A DNA stretch of 63,836 nt, the filler included. It is 8 parts of 8 records of this genome, joined end to end, with 100 filler letters (N's around TTAATTAATTAA, not from the genome) between each part and the next. Parts side by side here need not be neighbours in the genome. Positions count along the whole stretch, not along the records: positions 41,825 to 52,098 come from SRR2962707_1334; positions 52,199 to 57,957 come from SRR2962707_1343; positions 58,058 to 63,836 come from SRR2962707_1436; 5 more parts are not named here. The stretch is one strand, 5' to 3'. Position numbers and translations under genes: made by a program. Position 1 is the stretch's first letter, and every line of letters starts with the position of its first letter. This document shows, in pieces, positions 45,301 to 58,082 of this stretch. The notes beneath the pieces are model-generated. The model worked only from the letters and a program-made list of their open reading frames with translations. It searched no databases and was not told where the DNA came from.

Positions 45301-48300
45301 ATTTCGAGCAAAGCGTGGTCCTTGACCCAGACGATGAGCCAATGGCACATGTTGGGATCCAATTCTTGCGAAAGCACACGGCTATGTTTTTCGACTCCTC
45401 GCACACCAAACTCCTCGAGGCCTTCGATGAAGACGCTCAAGCCTATGACAAGCAAAAAAAGGTCGAAAACGAGCGCATGGAGAACAGCTGCACGACCCGT
45501 CTCAGCCGCTGGTGCTGCCACGGCAAAGCGTTTTGGTGTTGTGGCAAAAAAACTGCGTTGGAGGTGAACTCCAGCAAGTGTTTCGAGGCCGCACACGGAT
45601 TTTTCACCGGCCCAATTTTTGAGGCATTCATCGTGTTTGTCATCATTGCCAACACTGTCGTTCTGATGATGGATATGTACCCATTAGAGTACGAGGAGAC
45701 GTTTGGGACGCACGACGGAAATGTGACCTTCGACGAATACGCCCAGGGGCTTGAAATTTTCAACTTTGTCTTCTCTTGCATTTTTTTTGTCGAGTTGGTG
45801 ATCAAGAACTCTGTGCTTGGGTTCCGTGACTACTTTCGCGACGCGTTCAATGTGTTTGATTCAATCATCGTTCTTGTCTCGATCATTGAACTGATTGTGG
45901 CCCCGCCGTCATTTCTCGGCATCACAACCACCACCGACGTCGCTTTAGGTGGTGCTTGGTCCGCCCTGCGTGCCTTCCGTCTGTTCCGGCTGTTTAAGCT
46001 GGCGCGTTCGTGGAGGAAGCTGCGGATGTTGTTGGCCGTCGTGGCCCGAACATTGGCAGAACTGTCGTGGTTTCTCGTCCTGTTATTGCTCTTCATCTTC
46101 ATCTTCGGCTTGCTGGGAGTGTCGCTTTTCGCTAATCAAATGCGCTTTGACAAACTGGGCTACAAAATAGACCTGAACAACACTGAAGCCTTCTTTTCAC
46201 CGGAGGCCGAAGACAGCATTCCGCGTTCCAACTTCGATGACCTTGGCAACGCGATGATCGTTGTGTTTCAAGTTCTCTCAGGCGAAAACTGGAACGTGGT
46301 GATGTACGATTCCATTCGTGCCTCAGGGTTGGGCGCCGGAGCTGCGTACTTCATTGCTATGATCATTCTTGGGGCCATGGTGGTACTAGAGCTGTTTGTT
46401 GCCATTCTTCTCGGTGGATTTGGCGAGGAAGAAGACGAACCACCCCCGCCGCTTGTAATGCGCTTACTCACACGTGATTCGAAAGGAGAATTGACGGAAA
46501 AACGGTTTATTTATCATGTTGCCGCTTGCTCGTCACGCAACATGTGGCACGAACCAGCGGCCGCAGTGAGTTGCACGGAGCCTGCTGAAAAATGGAAGGG
46601 CAAGGTAGTTGTAATGCATGGTATCACAGATGTTGGAGATCCCGAGGCAGGGGGCGGAAGCTCGCAGACGGCAGGCGAAAAAAATAGCGAGGCCAAGGGG
46701 CACGAAAAGATGACGTACACTGTTGAAAACATGCGCAATATTGTGGACGACTGCGTCATGATGTGGAATTCATTGTGTGAAATGGGGATTCGGGCCAAAG
46801 AGGCTGGCGCGATAGGGCTGTGCTACGTTGGTTCAGACGATGATCCTTTTACTGTAAACCAGCTGGAGACTATTGATGCAGATATCAAGGTTGAGGTGGA
46901 TATTCCGATTTTGTTCCCGATCGAACATGAAGCGACAGTTGGTGGAAGCAACGAATCGGATGACTTTAACGAAAGCATGCTGAATGATCTGCAGTCGGAA
47001 AACGTGATGCTCGTCACTGCTTCCAAGCGCCACGGGTGCTGTGGTGGCTCGAAGGGTGGCGATGACAACGACGACGACAAAAACAAGACACCCGGTTGTT
47101 GCGGCGGCACCAAGTCCTCCGCAAAGGTAACGCCCGATGGTGCAGACCCTCTGCAAGGTAAGGAAGTTACTGTTAAAGACAACAAGGTGGAATACTTCAA
47201 GTTGACGCAGGACCATGGCTGCTTACCCCAAGGAAAATCCTTGTTCCTTTTCAAGCATGACATGCCATGTCGGATTGTCTTTTTCAATATCATCAAGCAC
47301 CCTGCGTTTGACCAGTTCATCCTGTTCATTATTGTCGCCGGCTCGATCCTCCTGGCATGGGAAACTCCACTGTGGGACCCTGATAGCACGCAGAGTATCG
47401 TCGTGTCGTACATCAACTTAGTTTTCAATGGCATCTTCATTGCTGAAATGCTTACGAAGATTGTGGCCCTTGGATTTGTGGCGCATGAAGGTGCCTATCT
47501 TCGCAGCGCCTGGAACGTATTGGATTTTCTGATAGTTATCATCTCCATCATCCTCATGGCATCGCAAGGAAACGAAGACTTGAAAGGGCTGCGGTCGCTT
47601 CGTGTGCTGCGCGCACTCCGTCCACTACGGACCATTAACCGTGCACCCCAACTGAAACTTGTGATCAATGCGCTGGGTGCATCCATTTGGCCGATTCTGC
47701 AGACACTGATGATGATTTCTATTTTCTTCATCATCTTCTCGACTTTGGCTGTCACCTACTTCCAGGGTAGTCTGTCGGCTTGTGACACATCATCTGCAAC
47801 CGACTACGCAATTCATGACGATCAGTACGAACTTATCCTTTGCAATGAGTATAATGATACGTCGCGGGCCTTGTGCCGTGAGTGGCAGGACCTGGACCCA
47901 GAAATCCAGCAAAACTGGGCCGCCCGGGAGGCAGATCGCCAGTTTGCGGCGTGGCAAAACTATGTCGACATGCAGGCTGGGCGAGTATCTGGCCTGACTG
48001 AGTACGCAGCCAACGTCACTGCGATGTACGGTACCGATGAAGCGTACTACGCGCAGCTCGTCACGTCTGATTTCGTCAATGCCAACAACACTCGGATCTT
48101 CCCCAACTACATTCAGGGCCCAGTCACGTCACGCATGGTGTGCGAGTGGCTTGGCTATGAGTGGGCTCCTTTGACCGACCAGTCCTTCAACAATGTGTTT
48201 CCTTCTTTAGCATCGCTATACGAGCTGTCCACAACAGAGGGCTGGATTGATGTTATGTGGTACGCTGCAGACGCGCGCGGGTTAGACATGGAGCCGGTGC

Positions 48301-50341
48301 GTGACTGCAATAAGTATGCAGTCCTCTTTTTCATCCTCTTCATTATGGTGGGTACTTTCTTTGCTATGAACCTCTTCATTGGTATTATCTGCGACACTTT
48401 CGCCGAAAAGCGGTCCGAAGGTGATGGGACCTCTCTCTTCGTCACGGAGGAACAGAAGCAGTGGCAGGCTATTCAAAAAATTATTTTGAAGCTGAAACCT
48501 TTCTTGCGAAAGCGGGAGCCAAAAAACCCTTGCCGCCGCTGCTGTTTCGTCATTGCCGATTCAGCTTGGTTTGAGCACTTCATTATGTCTCTTATTGTAT
48601 TGAACACGCTGGTTCTTTGCATTGGATATTACGGGCAACCTCACGTATACGCCGTCACTTTGGACTCGATCAACTACGCACTATTTGGTGTCTTTGCATT
48701 GGAGGCTATCATCAAGTTGCTTGGCTTTGGTGGTCAATACTTTTCGACGTCCCGGGGTGGCGGGCGTGACTGTGCTCGATACTTGGATGCCTGGAACGTA
48801 TTCGACCTGTGCATTGTGATAGGCACGAGTATTGGCATTTTGCTGAGTTCCCTCCTTCCAGTTGATATTCAGGCTATTGCTGGCATTATTAGAACGTTTC
48901 GCCTGCTCCGGATCGTGCGCTTATTGCGGGGCGTTCGTGGCCTCAAAGTGCTCCTCAACACGATCGCTGTGGCCATGCCAGCTGTCGTGAACATTTTCGT
49001 CCTGCTCCTTCTTTTTCTGATGATATTTGCTATTATGGGTATCCAACTTTTCGCGACAGTGGCGCACGGTGATGCTTTGAACGACTACGCAAACTTCCAA
49101 GACTTCTTCGTCGCCATGCTCACTCTCCTGCGTGGCAGCACAGGCGAGAACTGGAACGGTATCATGCATGATATGAGCCGCATCACCGACAATTGCAGGC
49201 CGACCAACGAGATGGAATTCAATTCAAGTATGTGCGGCTACTGTCTCTATGCGCCCGAAAGTGAGTGGCCTGGGCAAGCCTGCGTTGAGTGCGTCCCCCT
49301 CGACGGCTGTGGCAGTCCAATTACATCCAAATTCTTCTGGTACTTCTTTACTTTGGTGGTGACATACACGTTGCTGAACGTTTGCATTGCCGTGATTTTG
49401 GAGGCATGGGAAAATGCAGAGACAACCGAGGGGGCTAATATCAAAGAAGAAGCCATGGTTGCTTACTGTAGCGAATGGCAGAAATATGACCCCGATGGGA
49501 AGCACTACATTGCGCTGACCGAGCTGCCAACCCTGTTGCAGGAGTTGCCGAGCCCATTGGGTTTCTTGGAGCCACCCGCCACAATCGTCGAAGTTCATGG
49601 AACCCCTGGCGCGGAAGACGAGTTCTTCATACTTGAGACGGACGACGGTGGTGTGGTGTCTGTCGTAGAGAATGGGGTAGCTGTGCCACGTAAGGTGCTA
49701 CGGTCTGAGCTGAGGTTCCCCAAAGCCACCGCCAAAAACAACAACGGCGGCGAGCAACAATCTATGGAGAAGGCAGTGCTCATGAAACGCATGCGAGTGC
49801 GTTACACTAAGTCAACTGCCCAGGCCCAGGCGGAAGTGTTTAGAATGCAGTTGAAGAGTCAAACGACCAAAGAAGGACTCCATGTTGTCTCGTTCCTACC
49901 CACTGCAGTAGCATGCGCCCATCGCTCATTTAACAACCTGTCCATCAACGAGGATCTGCTGGGTAAGTTTTGCAAAACCGGTTCGGTCTTGTTGCCTGGA
50001 CCCACTGTCAGTGTGCTGGGACTCTTTGTTTTCTGTGTTCGCGTGATCTGGAGATGTCATCGTGTGCTATCTCAACTGATTTTAAATGTGATGTGTTGGA
50101 TGTTGGTGCAGGTCGAGTACAGGAGCAAGTCGGTGACAAAATGGCGGGGCACACCGACATTGAGTTCCACCCAGCAAAGATTTTAGCAGTCATGCTAATT
50201 GTTCGCCAAGCTCGATGCTTGCTTTTCCGCGAGAAATTGTTGAAGAAACTTGAACAACACAAGAAGGAGGGCGCTGCAATGTTCCAGCATCTCGAATCCA
50301 AATCACGGCAACACGACTCAGACCAGAAGAAAAACGTGTAG
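42339..50341 (+). CDS. Four-domain voltage-gated calcium channel alpha-1 subunit (EEEE filter)
   Basis: Four 6TM repeats with Arg-rich S4. Pore loops TLEGW, SGENW, TTEGW, TGENW. EF-hand-like WQKYDPDGKHYI. One intron 49963-50111, then a last exon with a degenerate IQ-like helix. Alternative start at ATG 42363. Confidence 0.95.
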
Positions 50342-50554
50342 ACATAGCGTTAGCTGATCGATGTTGCCCACGTTGTGTGGCGGGCTCCTCCATCTTACTG
50401 TTGCGTCACGACATACACTTTATAAACTTATACATCCTGTCCCCGCTCTCACGCGTCTGGTCGTGTCAATGTTCTCTCCAGCTAGGCGAGAACCGCACGA
50501 CATACTGTGACACGTGCCTACAAAAGAAGTTGAAGATGTTTCGCGACGCAGGCA

Positions 50555-51836
50555 TCATTGCAGTTTACGAATGCCTGCCCAAATGGCCAAGTCGATTGCC
50601 CGTGTTGCATTGCTCCAAAATTCGTGGTTCCATCGAAATAGATTCTGGCGATGCTTGGAAATTTGCTCTTCTGTTACGGCTTCAATAAAGGAGGGTAGAT
50701 CGTCCCAGCTCTGTAGCAACACGATTGGTGGGTTAGTCCGAAGAACATCGTTAAAAGAGTCAGGACAATCGCGCTCTCCACGCTGTTCGATCACGTGGGA
50801 GTCGTGTAACAGGGATTCATTCCGCGGCACGACAATGGGGATGGAACCAGCTTCAATAGCTTCCCAGAAACGAAAGTTATCATCACCAGTGCCGACGGGG
50901 CACAGGGTGAAAGATGACCGCTGCAACACTGTTCTGTACTCTTCCGCATTGTCTGTTGTATTCACGAGCGAGTTGAATACGAGCCACTTGATTGGGAACT
51001 TCCACGTGTGACGTTCCACGACATCGCGCATGGCGATGCGATCGATCTTGACCTGTGATTGCCACATCCAAAACGCAAAAATCACAGCTGAGGGGTTATG
51101 AACAAAGCTGCTTGTTGTGTACCAGCAACAATTGTACATCGACGCAACCTTTGTGATGCTCCCCATGAAGTTGAACATGTAATGCCTTGAGCCCAACAAT
51201 CTTTCCGAATATGGCACCCAAGCAAATTCAAAACGGGGGCCAAGAGGCAGTCCGGGATATGGATACTTGGAGGAGTAGTACCTGAAAACACCCACCAATT
51301 GTTCGACAAATGCGCGTCGACGGGCAGCAATCAAACGACAAAAATGTGCAGGACAGGTGGACCCACAAGCACAATGAAAAGACCGCCACAGCTATTTTTA
51401 CGCACTGTCGCAATACAATATGCTCTCGCTGCGGCCAATCGAGTGGAAACTGGCACAACTCGTCACCGGTAACAATACAAAGCTCTTTGCCTTTACACAG
51501 ATTTCTGACGGCCAGCCACTGGGGATGCTCCACTGCCCAGCGTCCCATCATGTTGTTCACGAGAGCCAATGACGTGAAATTTTGCACATGGCCATTGCGT
51601 GAGCACCCACCTGCTGATGCATTTCTCCAATAAAATTTAAATTGGGATTGGTATCTTTCCAGCGCCCCCCGCAGGAACAAGGAAGCGGTCCGTGGATTTT
51701 TCCCGTTGCCGTTGCTCACACACACAAGCGGGCGCTCAGACTTCGCAGTGTCAAGGGCTTCGGCACTTCCACAGCTTGGAAGGCACGTGTTAATCAGCAG
51801 TGCTACGATGTACAATGAAGTCCACCCAAGCCACAT
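50555..51836 (-). CDS. Exostosin / GT47 family glycosyltransferase (RXYLT1-like), two exons
   Basis: N-terminal signal/anchor; LRQ|YY..LPLGPR, FNFMGS, YRTVLQRSSFTLCPVG...FRFWEAIEAGSIPIV; intron 51405-51282. Confidence 0.88.
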
Positions 51837-52098
51837 GGCGAACAGCGCCTCTTTACTTTCGGCACATTCACCTTCCAGCTCGCCACCGACAGACCGCACA
51901 CGCGCACACGCACGCACGCACGCACGTACGCAGGAAGCTAGAGTTTACACTCAGCTAACACTTCCAAGGCTCTCCCATACACATCCATCAAACGCCGCGT
52001 TGTCAACGTGGCCAAAGGCAGCCAGCGAGCTGGAGTCTCCAAAAACGACTCCACAAGTTCCACGAGCGCAAAAAAAGAAGAAGAAGAAGAAGAAGAAG

Positions 52099-52198
52099 NN
52101 NNNNNNNNNNNNNNNNNNNNNNNNNNNNNNNNNNNNNNNNNNTTAATTAATTAANNNNNNNNNNNNNNNNNNNNNNNNNNNNNNNNNNNNNNNNNNNN
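52099..52198. other. Artificial contig spacer
   Basis: N44-TTAATTAATTAA-N44. Confidence 0.98.
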
Positions 52199-52274
52199 GC
52201 ACGCACGCACGCATGCACGCACGCACGCCTGCGCCGCATTTTTACCCTCATTGTGTTTGTGTTTTCGACCGCAG

Positions 52275-55200
52275 GTCTGACGCCAGACGCTGTGACTTTC
52301 AATACTCTCATGGATGGATGGCTGAAGAAGGGCGCTATGGACCGCGCACAACTTGTGGTGGACGCTATGGTCGAGAAAGGGGTGGCTCCTGACCTCGTCA
52401 CCTACGAAACGTTAATCTTTGGGAACATGAAACTGCGCAACATAGAGGCTGCCCTCGGGGTGTTTGGATCGCTCCGCAACGCAGGCATCACTCCCGTGAC
52501 ACGCACGTTTAACTACTTCATCTTCTACTACAGCCAGCGCGCCTTTGCAAGTCGCAAGGCGCTGGAATGGTTTGAGCGCATGCTCGACTCTGGCGCAGCT
52601 CCAAACGACCACACCTGGACGTCCTTCCACAAGCGGCACCACGCGTACCTTGAGAAAGCTAGGGCCTCGTATGCACGGCGCAAGGCCGCTGGCTGGCGCC
52701 CGCGGTCCCGTTCAAGTAGGTCCCAGAAAAAAGGAGGCGCGAGTGGTAACAATCGCGGTGCCAACAATCGCCGCGGCCATTCGAGAAGCAGCAGCAGCGG
52801 GAGTTGCGAGCGAAACTCGTCAACTGGGAGCAACGGTGGCGGGTCCTCTGGCCACGGTGCCAATGCGCACGGAGGTGTGGGCGGTGATTCTTCGAAACCG
52901 CTCGCGGTGGACACGGATCGTCCGAGCAACGTGCCACTTGACGAGGAAGTTCAAAAGCAAAATGCTGGGCCCACCCCTAGCGCCCACGGCAATGCCATTG
53001 CGGCCGTGGAACCGTCAGAGAGCAATGGGACCTACCCCCGCAATCTGTACCGTAATTTTTTCAAGGTGGTGCAAACCGCCGGTGATGGTAGCGCTGAGGA
53101 CCCAGGAAACGTGCTCAGCAATGGCGCAAGCGTGTATGGCGCCGGGGCTCCAGACTCGGGGATTGAGGTCAAGGGGAACTTGGCGAGTCGCCATGATGCT
53201 GCCAATCGGCCACGCTACTCAGACAACCTTTTGCCAGAGGGCTACGTTTGCAAGATTTGCGGCATTCCTGGCCACCATATTCGAAATTGCCCAAGCAAGA
53301 TTTCCAACAACCACAGCGGTCGGCGGAAAGCGAACAACCACGACAGCCATTCTGGGGTTGCGGCCGGCGATGTTGGAGCTGTCTGGAAGGCGTGCAGTGC
53401 TCATTTCGGGATGCGCAAGTGCCGCGACGGTGGAGCCTGTCGAAACCCGACCTGCGGTTTCGCGCATCCTGAACAGTGGCCTCACCATCGACAGCCGGCA
53501 GTCTTTGCCGGCGACGCGGCGCCCGCTGCACCACTGTCGCTCGGCCCCGGGCGAGGTGCAGTCTCGACCCTCAACGACATCAAAGCAGCTACTGACAGTG
53601 GCTCTGCCGAAAGCTTGCAAGAAGATGCTAACAGACAAGTGTGGATTCCAGGCTACCAATTTGGAATGCGCCGTTGCCGCGACGGCATTCACTGTCAGCG
53701 AGTATTCTGTGGATTTGCACACCCAGAAGGATGGCAGGACTTCAGAAATAGTGGAGGCAGCGGCGGCGGCGGTGCTGGTGTCGGCGCCGGCAGCAGCAGC
53801 AGCCTTGCCGATGCCGATGGTCGGCGTGAATTGCAGTCATCTGCAGGCGCGGGGAGTGACTTGAGTGCTCAACAACCGACGGCTCTTGGTCACCAGCATT
53901 TCCAGGCCAACGCTGCGAGCGCAGGGCGGAGCGCTGGCCATGCGGGTCAAGTGCAAGCGGGACCGCCAACCGATGCGCTTGCGGGCCATGAGCCTGATCC
54001 ACGCCCATCTAATCGCGGGGTGTCGTTCCCTGCCAGCGGTGGTCACCTCCGCCAGCCCAATGCCGAGCAGCAGCTGCCCGTGGCACAACGCGGCAGTCAT
54101 CCTCACGGAGGTGATCCTGAGGAGTATTATCGTCGAGCGGTAGCGCTCGCGGAAGAGACTGCCCCTGGATCTGTCACGCTTGCGAACGCCCTGACAAGTC
54201 TTGGTCGTTGTTTGCACAACAAGGGCAACTTTGCGAGCGCGTTGGCAGAGCACACGCGTGCTCTGGAGATTCGCAGGGCCAATCGTCCGGCCGGGGCTTC
54301 CGCGCAGCCGGTCGGCGTCGCGACTCTCTCGCACACTGGCAGCAGCTCGCTTGATGGCGCTGCCGAGGCTGCTGCAGCAGCGGAACAGTGGTCAGCGGCA
54401 GTAGCCTCCTCCCTCAACATGGTTGCCAACGCGTTGCAGGGACTAGGTCGGCTTGAAGAAGCATTGGCGCACCACCAGCAAGCACTTGAAGTCACGCGAG
54501 GAGCGCCACCATCATCACTGTCAGTGGCACACACTTTGAACCAGATGGGTGACGTCTACGAAGCGTTGGGCGACCGCGATGAAGCAATTCGCCACCATCG
54601 CCGTGCTTTGGCTGTGAGAGAGGCTCGTGACTATGGTGGGCGCCGCTTAGGAATGGTCAAAACTCTGCAACGCCTTTCGGCGCTGCTGGAAGCACGCGGA
54701 GACACTCAAGAAGCCGCCGAGTTTGCTGCACGGGCAATTTCCGTTCAAGAGGGGCGTCGCCAAGGTCAATCAGCGCAAGTGCCCGGGCATCAACGTCGGC
54801 TTCCACGGGCGCAACAGCTGACGCAGCAGCCTCACCAAAACCTCAGCTTTGCGGGTGCCCTAACCCTTGACGGTGGTCGCCTTGATGCAGCGAGTGAGCC
54901 AAAAGCTGTCGGATTCGCGGCCTCCGATGAGAGTGAAGTGCGGCGGCTGATCAAGCGGGTGAAGCAGCACAACGATGCATGGGTTGGATGGGTACAAGCT
55001 GCAAGTGGTGGTGCGTTGTACGACCACCAAGCCCAAACAGATCCAGCAAAGTACGACTTCGAGCTACTGCAACGCTTTGTGGCCGACCTTGATGGCGCAG
55101 ACACTACAACCTCTCGCTGGTTTCGTCTCGCGTGTCGACTGCTTAGCGGCCGTAGCCCGCGACACAGCGGTGCTGGTTCATTTGCTGGCGCTGGTGTTTC

Positions 55201-55885
55201 TGGCCACGCTGGACCAAGTGCACAACCGTCCCTGCTGAGCGAGATGGGTGTGCTTACAAAGAAGGGGTACGTCGCGGCCGACGGTGCTGAATCCCTGCTT
55301 CAGCTTCCCGCTCCAAGCAGCCCCCCGTCAAATGCTCAAAGTGCGCCGATTGGCGCTTGTGGGCCCTTGTTGCACCAATTTTTGGAGCAGCCAAGGCCTG
55401 CCGGTCTTGTCACTGCACCCTATTTCTCCCAGTTCAGTGCCGAACACGCTGGTGGCGTGCAAGGCCCCGGTCTGGCTGCAGGCACTGCCGGCGGCAATAC
55501 GGACCTCGGAATGGGACTGGATTCGGGGATGGATATTGGGTTAGGCATGGGTATGGGTATGGGCTTGGGCTTGGGCATTGGGATGGGAATGAACATGGGC
55601 ATTGGCTCGGAGCTGGGAGGGCTGGGCCTCCCACCTTCGGCGACTGTCGGCGGCAGTGGCGATGCAGCAGAAGGACCCTCGCTCAAATGGGACGGTTCCA
55701 GCACAGATGCTCATCCAGCAGCACCGGGAGGTGTCGTCGGAGGAGTCGGGTCGTACGGCTTTGGTTCTGCGCAGTGGATGGGTTCCGTTTTGCGAAACCA
55801 ACACCTCGGCTCCACGACAGGAACCGGCCCTGGCAGCCAAGATGAGGGCGAGGGTGGCACCTCCAACCCTCCACAGCAGTCTTGA
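52275..55885 (+). CDS. PPR + CCHC knuckle + two CCCH fingers + TPR protein (last exon only, 5' truncated)
   Basis: Acceptor CCGCAG at 52269-52274. PPR: PDAVTFNTLMDG, PDLVTYETLI, PVTRTFN. Knuckle: YVCKICGIPGHHIRNCP. Fingers: CRDGGACRNPTCGFAHP, CRDGIHCQRVFCGFAHP. TPR: VASSLNMVANALQGLGRLEEALAHHQQALE. Confidence 0.85.
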
Positions 55886-56178
55886 CCCTCAAAATACTGT
55901 CATAATCCGCGTGCCACCTTGTGTGTCGTGTCGCAGAGACTACCTTTTACAATCAATGCAACCGCGGGGACCACCAAATGGTTTCCACGCAACTATCAGT
56001 AGATCACGGAACATGGGCAGCTTGGAGCCAGTCGCCACGATTGACTGAACCAGCACTACATGCCCCAACCTTGGAAGCAACACAAAAATTGCACCAAGCG
56101 CTTTTGAACTTGCATTGTTTTTTTCTGTTATAATTATTACGAGATTTTTTCATTACAATTTCGCTTCCAAATAACTGC

Positions 56179-57957
56179 CTACCAACCCCGGAAGACTGCT
56201 TGGTGGTCGTGCAATGCAGCCACAGCGCCATGCGGTTCAATGTGGGCTTCCTGGACTCGACTCCCGGGTGGTGGGGCAGTTGCGTAGCTACCATCCGATT
56301 GTTGCCGATAGTCGCGCGGACTTGTCAAATACTGTGGCGTGCCAGGAAGCGAACCGCCAGCAACACCACCGCTTGGCCGGGTGACGGAATCCGGAGACTC
56401 ACTCCAATCATTCAACGCGGTTGCGGCTGTAGGCGTTGAAAACGGCGCAGTAGTGGTGGAGAGTGTCGTGGACCCACCCTCCGCCATCAATTTCTTTTGC
56501 AGGCGTTGATATACTTGGTTTTCAATGCGAATGGCCTGCTCCGCCACTCGGTCTGGAGTCTGCTTTCGAAGCCGCGAAGAAAAGTGTCGAGGAAAGGGCG
56601 GTGTTCCAGGATCAGGGGCGTCAGCACATTTCGCAATCTCGGACAGCCCAGGATGCTCGGCGTTTGTCGGCACAAAGACATGGACAAGCGATTTCGCCTG
56701 TTTGGACTCTTTTTCGTGCTCAAGGTTCACTTTACGTGGGGGTGTGGCGCTAAGCTGGGAATATGATACTGAGGGAGGGAAGCTGGCCACGGCGCTATTG
56801 ACGTGTGGGCGTAAAGTCCTGTCTCGAAGTGAGCGGTGGTAGTTTCGAATCCGCGCAGCTTCAGCGACCGCCAGCGCAGCCTTCCACGCCAGCCTTTCGA
56901 GGCGGCTCTTCGACAAGTTCCATGCTGGCGAGGCGGCAAGATTTCGCGGCCGGCCCTCGCGAGTCGCCGTCAGCGCCCGACTGGTGCGTTTCCAACTTCG
57001 CGGGTCACTATGAATTGGAACAGCTTCTTCATTTGAGTATCCGTCGTCACCTCGGGCGTCGGAAACTGGCGCAGAATCCGACGCTTTTTCACCCCCAGGC
57101 GAAGCGTGGATCCTGGCAACTTGTCGGTCACATGGATGGACGGACTTGGCCGAAGCCGCTGCGAGATCGGGGTCAATTTGCTCTTCCACTCCGCAGTTCC
57201 TGTTTGTGATGTTATCCATCGGCGAAACGACTGCAACGCCATCGATCGCAGTAGGTGCCCCGGCCTCTGCCTTGTCAATTAGTTGCTCGTGAATGGTTGT
57301 GGGTACAGCAAGTTTTCGCTGATGTAGGGCATTTAGGAGTTTGGCGCGTTCCACATTGATACCGTCTTTTTTGCCGCAGAGCCTAAAACGGTTTGATGGG
57401 GGGCTACGTTGGCGGGGAGCGCGTCGAAGGATTGTCGGATGGGCACTGGTCAGGCTTTTGCGAGCTCGTGGCGAGGGTGAGGCTGAAGCTGATGTCGAAG
57501 CTGAAGCAGACAAAGCAGAGGACGACGACGGCGACAGCGAAAGAGTTCGAATCGAAGAATCCAAGGCATTCAAATTCGCATTGTCCGCAGAAGCATTGGC
57601 AGCCATCTGGCTTGCAACAAACCCCATGAATTGCTGTCTCGCCCCCATTGGTCGAACTGGCCATGGGTGCAGCGATGCAGATGCACGATCATCAAACGGG
57701 TCCTGGGGCAATCTGTTGCCGCTCGCGCTGTAGTTGCAATTGCTGTTCTTCTTCTTCTTCCTTCGAATCGCGTGTGAGGGCGACGTGGTGGTTGTTGTTG
57801 CTGCGGCTGCTGCTGATGATGATGACAATGATGGAGAGCCTAATCTTTTGGCAATCGCGCTTACGGGCCTAGACCCTTGATACAGCTCACTGGTCGACAA
57901 CTTTGCCTTAGGACTTCGACATCTACCGACTGTTGTTGTTGTTGTTGTTGTTGTTGT
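56179..57957 (-). CDS. Ser/Ala/Pro-rich hypothetical protein (frame open to contig end)
   Basis: ORF of more than 570 codons, convergent on the PPR gene; no recognisable domain. Confidence 0.5.
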   Translation of the reverse strand, partial: TTTTTTTTTVGRCRSPKAKLSTSELYQGSRPVSAIAKRLGSPSLSSSSAAAAATTTTTSPSHAIRRKKKKNSNCNYSASGNRLPQDPFDDRASASLHPWPVRPMGARQQFMGFVASQMAANASADNANLNALDSSIRTLSLSPSSSSALSASASTSASASPSPRARKSLTSAHPTILRRAPRQRSPPSNRFRLCGKKDGINVERAKLLNALHQRKLAVPTTIHEQLIDKAEAGAPTAIDGVAVVSPMDNITNRNCGVEEQIDPDLAAASAKSVHPCDRQVARIHASPGGEKASDSAPVSDARGDDGYSNEEAVPIHSDPRSWKRTSRALTATREGRPRNLAASPAWNLSKSRLERLAWKAALAVAEAARIRNYHRSLRDRTLRPHVNSAVASFPPSVSYSQLSATPPRKVNLEHEKESKQAKSLVHVFVPTNAEHPGLSEIAKCADAPDPGTPPFPRHFSSRLRKQTPDRVAEQAIRIENQVYQRLQKKLMAEGGSTTLSTTTAPFSTPTAATALNDWSESPDSVTRPSGGVAGGSLPGTPQYLTSPRDYRQQSDGSYATAPPPGSRVQEAHIEPHGAVAALHDHQAVFRGW

Positions 57958-58057
57958 NNNNNNNNNNNNNNNNNNNNNNNNNNNNNNNNNNNNNNNNNNN
58001 NTTAATTAATTAANNNNNNNNNNNNNNNNNNNNNNNNNNNNNNNNNNNNNNNNNNNN
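57958..58057. other. Artificial contig spacer
   Basis: N44-TTAATTAATTAA-N44. Confidence 0.98.
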
Positions 58058-58082
58058 TATCGAGACAATTACCCGATAGGAG

